64,000 nt of DNA. Source: a virus (taxonomy: Duplodnaviria > Caudoviricetes). The DNA lies in IMG/VR virus record IMGVR_UViG_3300029288_000080, positions 64,001 through 128,000 of that record; one strand, written 5' to 3'. Of this stretch, positions 58,782-64,000 are shown piece after piece. The notes beneath the pieces were generated by a model. It did no database searches, was not told where the DNA came from, and saw nothing but the letters and a program-made list of their open reading frames with translations. The stretch's first letter is position 1, and each line of letters opens with the position of its first letter. The position numbers and the translations under genes are program-made.

Positions 58782-59699
58782 ATGACGACCAAGTACCCCA
58801 CCAAGCACGATGTCCGCGAGCACCATGGCAATCTTTACCGTGCGGCCAAGCAATGGCTGGAGCAGCCCGACAGCTGGTCCCCCGACTGGACCGACGACTG
58901 GGTCGCGGCTGCTGCTTTCCTGAACCAGCAGCCCGACGGCCGGATGTTCCATGAGACCCCCTGGACCCCCAAGGGGGTCATGGGGTTGTTCTCCCAATAC
59001 CGGTTTGACGACCATGGTAATGTGGTCCCGACCCCCAGGGCTCCGCGACAGTCCCGCAAGCCCCTGGGGTTCCGGCGGACTGCCACGGGTTACCGTCGGT
59101 ACCTGAAGCCCGGGACCAGTCAGTACCGCAAGGTCATGGCTTCGGTGGTCCAGGCATTCCAGTGCGGTGGCACCGCTGCCGAAGCAGCCAAGATTCTGGA
59201 GACCAGTGACGCCAACCACCTCAAGAACTACCGGCAGGGCCGCCCCTGGACTGCCCCGGTGGTCACGAGCCTGATGTACCGACTGCGTCATGGCAATCCC
59301 GGTCTGCATGATCGCCTGGTCACCGAGATCCCGACCAATGTGGTACATAGGGATCCCAAGACCAAGAAGGAGCAGGTGGTCAACACGACCAAGCTGTTCG
59401 ACACCCTGGCCAAGGAGTTTGCGCCGCCTGATGCACCTGTGATCGACGCGTTCACGACGCCCAAGCAGGAGTTTGCCTTCTACGCACCGTCACCGACGGC
59501 CAAGCAGGAGCCCAGCAAGCCCAAGGGCCGCGTCATGAAAATCCAGATCCGCGAGGCCGGTGACCTTCTCCAAGTGTTCCGGACCCATAGTGGTACCTTG
59601 GTCCTGACGGTCAAGTCCACCGACCAGCCAGGTGCCCTGATGTCCGCGGTCGACCAGTTCTGCCAGGGCCTCGGCGTCACGATCCCTAAGGTGCTGTAG
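58782..59699 (+). CDS. hypothetical, possibly DNA-binding protein
   Basis: AAGGA RBS; AAEAAKILE..RQGRPWTAPVV resembles a recombinase-type DNA-binding segment. Confidence 0.7.
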   Translation: MTTKYPTKHDVREHHGNLYRAAKQWLEQPDSWSPDWTDDWVAAAAFLNQQPDGRMFHETPWTPKGVMGLFSQYRFDDHGNVVPTPRAPRQSRKPLGFRRTATGYRRYLKPGTSQYRKVMASVVQAFQCGGTAAEAAKILETSDANHLKNYRQGRPWTAPVVTSLMYRLRHGNPGLHDRLVTEIPTNVVHRDPKTKKEQVVNTTKLFDTLAKEFAPPDAPVIDAFTTPKQEFAFYAPSPTAKQEPSKPKGRVMKIQIREAGDLLQVFRTHSGTLVLTVKSTDQPGALMSAVDQFCQGLGVTIPKVL

Positions 59700-59815
59700 T
59701 GAAATCTCCTTGGCCCACTTGGCTGTCCAGGACTTCCCAGCGCCTGATCTACGTGCTCTGGGTCATCGTGGTGATCGCTGGAATCGTGATCCTTGTTCTT
59801 CGCGGCACCTGGTAG
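59699..59815 (+). CDS. 38-aa single-pass membrane peptide
   Basis: GTG overlapping the upstream stop; LIYVLWVIVVIAGIVILVL. Confidence 0.55.
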   Translation: MKSPWPTWLSRTSQRLIYVLWVIVVIAGIVILVLRGTW

Positions 59816-59947
59816 CGCTTGCTCACTCCCCAAGACATTGCCCAGCGGATTCAGCAGCATGACCTGAACAGAGCCCGCCGCAAGTCGCGGGGCTTCAGCC
59901 CCGGCGAATAGGCGCGGCTTTTCTTCGGCTTCAGCCAGAAATAGGTC

Positions 59948-59976
59948 TTGACAGCACTGTCTACAGGCACTATAGT
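59948..59976 (+). promoter_or_regulatory. near-consensus sigma70 promoter with an overlapping inverted repeat
   Basis: TTGACA-17 bp-TATAGT; TGTCTACA (59958-65) and TGTAGACA (59976-83). Confidence 0.8.
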
Positions 59977-60021
59977 GTAGACAGGACGGTAGACACAAAG
60001 GAGAAATAAATGAGAACTTTA
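59977..60021 (+). repeat. 45-bp direct repeat, copy 1 (leader + RBS + first codons)
   Basis: GTAGACAGGACGGTAGACACAAAGGAGAAATAAATGAGAACTTTA; 41/45 identical to 60387-60431. Confidence 0.9.
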
Positions 60022-60390
60022 TACGTCGTGCTTGGTTTTGCTGCGCTAACGTTTGTGGGTTGTGGTAAGAGTCCTGAGGCGAGAAGGGAAGAGCTGATTA
60101 GTCTAGTAGAACGTAAGGTCCAGCATGACCTGCCCTATGAAGACCACAGCACCAGAATTGTTCATGCAAAAATTAGCGATCCTTACCTATGTGTCTATGT
60201 AAATGCAGCAGGAGATCCGCTAGCCAGATACGCAAGCAGCTTTGCTCAAGAACAGGACGTATTGGGCGCGGCAAAGCAAGTTGGCCTTACTACGATCGTG
60301 ATCCACAACGGTCTTAGATCTAATGAAATCGACACGGTAACCGGAACGTCTCAGATGCGTACTGATGCTCTACCCAGCGGATGCAAGTAG
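60010..60390 (+). CDS. putative lipoprotein (IS cargo 1)
   Basis: MRTLYVVLGFAALTFVG-C signal/lipobox. Confidence 0.8.
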   Translation: MRTLYVVLGFAALTFVGCGKSPEARREELISLVERKVQHDLPYEDHSTRIVHAKISDPYLCVYVNAAGDPLARYASSFAQEQDVLGAAKQVGLTTIVIHNGLRSNEIDTVTGTSQMRTDALPSGCK

Positions 60391-60431
60391 ACAGGACAGT
60401 AGACATAAAGGAGGAATAAATGAGAACATTA
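60387..60431 (+). repeat. 45-bp direct repeat, copy 2
   Basis: GTAGACAGGACAGTAGACATAAAGGAGGAATAAATGAGAACATTA. Confidence 0.9.
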
Positions 60432-61016
60432 GGTTTTACCTTGTTTTGTCTGTGCTGCCTATCTTGTAAACAGGAGAGTCAATCTGCCGAGAAAGCGGAA
60501 ACTGCTGATGCTGTTGCTCCGACGTGGCAGGAACAAGAAGCACAACGGGATCAGCAAAATCCGCTTGCTTCCGCGGCCTCGATCTACCGTGAGCTAGTTG
60601 ACGCCTACGCGGTGTTGTCTGGCAAGGAAGAGTGCGTGCCCTGCACGCAACTGGTGCAACAGGAGCGTCGTGCTCAGCAAGTTCAACGCGGCGGCACTGA
60701 CGAGCACCGACGCACAGCTTACAGCATCAAGAGTGCGGCCATCAAAGAATGTTGGGGGCATTTTGACGGTTATGAAACCACACGGTTCGATCGCTACCAC
60801 GAGCGCGTAGGGCGTTTTTCACCAGGTCAACACCAGGTTCTTTATCGACTCTTACAGAAGGGTTTGGTGCTATTACGGCCATGTCGAGCTAAATTATGCC
60901 ATTTGGCCAAAGACAATATTAGGCGCGAGGCTGAAGGTAAATGTAATGCACTGGGCGTAGTGCTGCTCGCCGTAGAAAAGGCGCTCAAGCAAGCCGGTGC
61001 ATTCAAAGAGGAATAG
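60420..61016 (+). CDS. putative lipoprotein (IS cargo 2), Cys-rich helical
   Basis: MRTLGFTLFCLCCLS-C signal/lipobox. Confidence 0.78.
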   Translation: MRTLGFTLFCLCCLSCKQESQSAEKAETADAVAPTWQEQEAQRDQQNPLASAASIYRELVDAYAVLSGKEECVPCTQLVQQERRAQQVQRGGTDEHRRTAYSIKSAAIKECWGHFDGYETTRFDRYHERVGRFSPGQHQVLYRLLQKGLVLLRPCRAKLCHLAKDNIRREAEGKCNALGVVLLAVEKALKQAGAFKEE

Positions 61017-61030
61017 GGCCGGTACTCGCC

Positions 61031-61432
61031 ATGGCTAACGCGATGGAATACCAGCGAGACGAGCACCGGGTCCACTTGATCGTGTACCACTTGATCTGGG
61101 TGCCCCGACGCCGTAAAGCCGTGTTGATCGGTGCCGTCGCCCAGGACTGCAAGGCACTGATCGAGCGTAAGTGCGCGGAGCAGGGCTGGACCATCCTGGA
61201 GTTGGCCATTGACCCCGACCACATTCACCTTTTCGTGCGGGCCTGGCCTACCGTGTCGGCCGCCGAGATTATACAGAAGTGCAAGGGGTTGACTAGCCAC
61301 GAGCTTAGAAAGCGACATCCCCAGCTCTTGAAACTGCCGTCACTGTGGACCAGGTCCTACTTTGCCTCCACGGCCGGTAATGTGTCGAGCGAAACCATCC
61401 AACGGTATATCGCGGCTCAGCGTAAATTCTGA
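61031..61432 (+). CDS. tnpA: IS200/IS605 Y1 HUH transposase
   Basis: YHLIWVPRRR, DHIHL (HUH), LWTRSYF, IQRYI..Q (catalytic Tyr). Confidence 0.96.
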   Translation: MANAMEYQRDEHRVHLIVYHLIWVPRRRKAVLIGAVAQDCKALIERKCAEQGWTILELAIDPDHIHLFVRAWPTVSAAEIIQKCKGLTSHELRKRHPQLLKLPSLWTRSYFASTAGNVSSETIQRYIAAQRKF

Positions 61433-62580
61433 TGTTAAAGACCTTCCGCTACCGTCTCTACCCCAGCAAGGCCCAGGCCAAACGCCTGGCCTCGACGCTG
61501 GAGACGTGCCGCCGGGTCTACAACGACTGCTTGGCCGAGCGGAAAGTGGCCTACGAGACCGAAGGCAAGACCATCGGGAAGTTCGAGCAGCTCCGTCACG
61601 TCAAGGAGATCAAAGCGACCAACCCCTATGCCAAAGGAGTCCACAGCCACGTCCTCCAGGTCACGATCTCGGACCTGGATAAAGCGTTCCAAGCATTTTT
61701 CCGTAGGGTCAAGCAGGGCGAAAAGCCCGGCTACCCTAGGTTCAAGGGGCGGGATCGTTTTGACTCGTTCGGGCTGAAAGAACTGGGCAACGGATTTAAG
61801 GTGGACGGCCGACGGCTGAAGATCTCTGGTGTCGGAAGGATCGCGGTCAGGTGGCACCGGGAACTGGAAGGCAAGGTCAAGACTATCCGGTTGGTCCGGG
61901 CCGCGGGCCATTGGTTTGCATGTTTCTCCTGTGAGGTTGCTGTGCAGCCACCGCTGCCCGCGACGGGCAAGAGCGTTGGGCTTGACGTTGGTATCGAGAG
62001 CATCTTGACCACCAGCGATGGCGACAAGGTAGAGAACCCTAGGTGGTACCGTGGCGACCAAGCCAAGCTCAGGGTGGTGCAACGTAGGGTGTCCAGACGA
62101 AAGAAAGGGAGCAGGCGTCGGCGTAAAGCCATCAAGATGCTCCAACGGCACCACGAAAGAACCAAAAATCGGCGAAAGGATTTTTTGGACAAGTTGGCTT
62201 GCACGTTGATCACAACTAACGACGTCATCGCGATCGAAGACTTGCAGGTCACCAATATGGTCAGGAACCACCACCTGGCCAAGAGCATCATGGACGCATC
62301 CTGGGGCTATCTGCGGCAACGACTTGAAGCCAAAGCGGCAGAAGCTGGACGGCAAGTCATCGCGGTACCCCCGGCCTACACGTCCAAATCTTGCTCGGGT
62401 TGTGGCGCTATTTTTGAGGATCTGAAATTAAGCACCAGATGGGTCAAGTGCTGCTGTGGTTTGTCTCTGGACCGCGACCACAACGCTGCCGTCAACATTC
62501 TTAGGAGGGGACACCTCCTTCGGGAGTCAACGTGGGCCGCTCAAGAGCCGTGCGTATCCCGAGAAGCCGCTGGGCTTTAG
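61432..62580 (+). CDS. tnpB: TnpB RNA-guided endonuclease
   Basis: KTFRYRLYP; VGLDVG, IAIEDL, CSGCG..CCCG, DRDHNAAVN. Confidence 0.95.
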   Translation: MLKTFRYRLYPSKAQAKRLASTLETCRRVYNDCLAERKVAYETEGKTIGKFEQLRHVKEIKATNPYAKGVHSHVLQVTISDLDKAFQAFFRRVKQGEKPGYPRFKGRDRFDSFGLKELGNGFKVDGRRLKISGVGRIAVRWHRELEGKVKTIRLVRAAGHWFACFSCEVAVQPPLPATGKSVGLDVGIESILTTSDGDKVENPRWYRGDQAKLRVVQRRVSRRKKGSRRRRKAIKMLQRHHERTKNRRKDFLDKLACTLITTNDVIAIEDLQVTNMVRNHHLAKSIMDASWGYLRQRLEAKAAEAGRQVIAVPPAYTSKSCSGCGAIFEDLKLSTRWVKCCCGLSLDRDHNAAVNILRRGHLLRESTWAAQEPCVSREAAGL

Positions 62581-63003
62581 CCCATGCGGAGTGTCACCGA
62601 GAGTACCAAACCACTATCATGTGGGCGTTGCTTGACGCGGTCGCGGACGCACATCAGTATGCCGATGTCCAGTTGGTCGAGACCCCCTGGACCCTCGTGG
62701 CCGACGTCGTGGCCTACGGAGTTCAAGGTAAATCCCCTGCCCTGACGACAGCGGCAATTCAATGTCTGGAGCAGGGATTCGCCGCCGTGGGCACCAAGGC
62801 CAGTATTTTATACGACTTGGCTGGTGACGGCAGCACCTGTTGTGTCGTGGATCCAGAAGTTCATGACCCCGAAAAGGTCGTGGCCAGGATGAAAGCCCCG
62901 GTGGTCAGGTATCAAGGCCGGATTTTTATTCGCCGTTAGTCCACGAAACTAAAACAGAATCCTGGGGCACGGCAAAATAAATCCATTTTTCTGTAAAAAA
63001 GAG

Positions 63004-63032
63004 TTGACGTTGTCAATCAAATGACCTATATA
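63004..63032 (+). promoter_or_regulatory. sigma70-type promoter
   Basis: TTGACG-17 bp-TATATT with an AT-rich upstream tract. Confidence 0.65.
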
Positions 63033-63089
63033 TTGCTTGTAGGCAGCGACAACCAACGGCCCCAAGGGGCCTGAACCAGGAGAACGAAA

Positions 63090-63902
63090 ATGCCCAGCAA
63101 GAAGATCGATGGTATCACCCGCAACGATTTCTTCTACGTGGAGACCAAGTTCGTCCGGGTGGAGCCCGGGTTCAACGGAAGGATCACCACGACCGACAAC
63201 GGAGTCGCCCCCGACGACGACCTCGCCGACCTGGAGTCGATCCGGGAGCACGGGGTCCTGGTGCCGCTCATGGTGCGGCCCGACCCCGAGGGGATCACCA
63301 AGTACGTGGTGATCGAGGGGCACCGGCGGCTCGCCAAGGTGCTGCTGCTGAACGCGAACGGCTGCGACATCCGGGTGCCCGTCATCGTCGAGCACGTCAA
63401 CGAGCAGGACGCCGCCGCCATGATGGCGATGGCGGGGCTCCAGCGCAAGAACTTCTCGTTCGCCGAGGAGGTCAACATCGTCCGGAAGTTCGCCCGGTGG
63501 GGCCTGTCCCCGGCCGAGACGGCCAAGAAGATCGGGATGCCGGTGGAGTGGGTGCGGCAGCACCTCGCGGTTTCCGCCGCCCCCGAGTCCGTCCTGGCGG
63601 CCGTGGCCTCCGGGGCCATGCCGGCCGACGTGGCGGTCAAGATCGCGAACCTCTCGGCCCGGGATGTCAAGAAGGTCGTGGACGCGGCCCAGAAGGGCCG
63701 GGGCTGCGCCCGCAAGGCCTCAGAGAAGGTGACCGGCAAGGCCGCGCGGCCCGGCAAGAAGGTGGTGGTGTCCATGAAGACCCTGCTGGCCGAGACCAAG
63801 CGGAACCGGAGCCCCCGGGTGAACCGCTGGATCGAGACCTGCCTGGACTTCGCGGCCGGGATGGTCCCGGCCGACGACCTGGCCGACATGCTCCGTCGCT
63901 AG
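63090..63902 (+). CDS. ParB/Srx N-terminal domain protein with HTH
   Basis: LESIREHGVLVPLMV..YVVIEGHRR; PAETAKKIGMPVEWVRQHL. Confidence 0.88.
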   Translation: MPSKKIDGITRNDFFYVETKFVRVEPGFNGRITTTDNGVAPDDDLADLESIREHGVLVPLMVRPDPEGITKYVVIEGHRRLAKVLLLNANGCDIRVPVIVEHVNEQDAAAMMAMAGLQRKNFSFAEEVNIVRKFARWGLSPAETAKKIGMPVEWVRQHLAVSAAPESVLAAVASGAMPADVAVKIANLSARDVKKVVDAAQKGRGCARKASEKVTGKAARPGKKVVVSMKTLLAETKRNRSPRVNRWIETCLDFAAGMVPADDLADMLRR

Positions 63903-64000
63903 TCCTTCCTTTCCGCTGCTTCCCCTTTCGCCTTTTTCTTTCCAAAGACCTCTTGACAAGTATTGCACTGCGCGGTACACAATAGGTATGAAGACTGCTA

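Larger units (their letters stand above)
59864..62597 (+). mobile_element. IS200/IS605-family element carrying passenger genes
   Basis: Target TGAC precedes the left end; CAAG + hairpin GGGGCTTCAGCCCC at 59881-59906; right end GAAG + hairpin TGGGCTTTAGCCCA + terminal TCAC; contains tnpA and tnpB. Confidence 0.85.
59819..62939 (+). pseudogene. phage gene split by the IS605 element (5' part 59819-59863, 3' part 62598-62939)
   Basis: Joining the flanks gives in-frame MLTPQDIAQRIQQHD|REYQTTIMWALLDAV... Confidence 0.75.

Noticed and set aside
59977-60431. CRISPR-like repeats
   Set aside because: Only two copies, about 365 bp of coding sequence between them, and each contains an RBS and start codon; no cas genes.
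1-64000. Stop-codon reassignment, tRNA/rRNA genes, terminase or portal
   Set aside because: Genes tile densely under the standard code using all three stops; no cloverleaf, rRNA, terminase or portal motifs were recognised by eye, and no scan was run.

Overview
This window is part of a large, GC-rich, contractile-tailed (myovirus/jumbo-like) phage genome, almost all on the + strand. Order: solo TnpB; head module (acidic scaffold-like protein, prohead protease, many basic-leader/acidic-body putative internal head proteins, two tandem head-decoration paralogues, HK97-like major capsid, a 1341-aa multidomain protein); beta-rich/LamG fibre or appendage genes interleaved with two GIY-YIG endonucleases and a LamG-SGNH esterase; an accessory block (GNAT, metallophosphoesterase, triple NUMOD4-HNH, HTH, sigma-like factor); tail module (sheath, tube, second solo TnpB, chaperone with -1 frameshift, tape measure); then sigma70-promoter genes with an IS605 element and a ParB-like gene. 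Most notable: (1) an IS605 element (59864-62597) with both ends and guide/cleavage tetranucleotides readable, splitting a phage gene in frame and carrying two repeat-headed lipoprotein cassettes ahead of tnpA-tnpB; (2) a recurring basic-leader R/K-x-A junction motif suggesting protease-processed polyprotein capsid cargo; (3) an 18-bp phage late-promoter motif, CACGTTAHTYTATAGTAG, present about 10 times, with a candidate cognate sigma factor. All family assignments come from motif recognition by eye; no searches were run.
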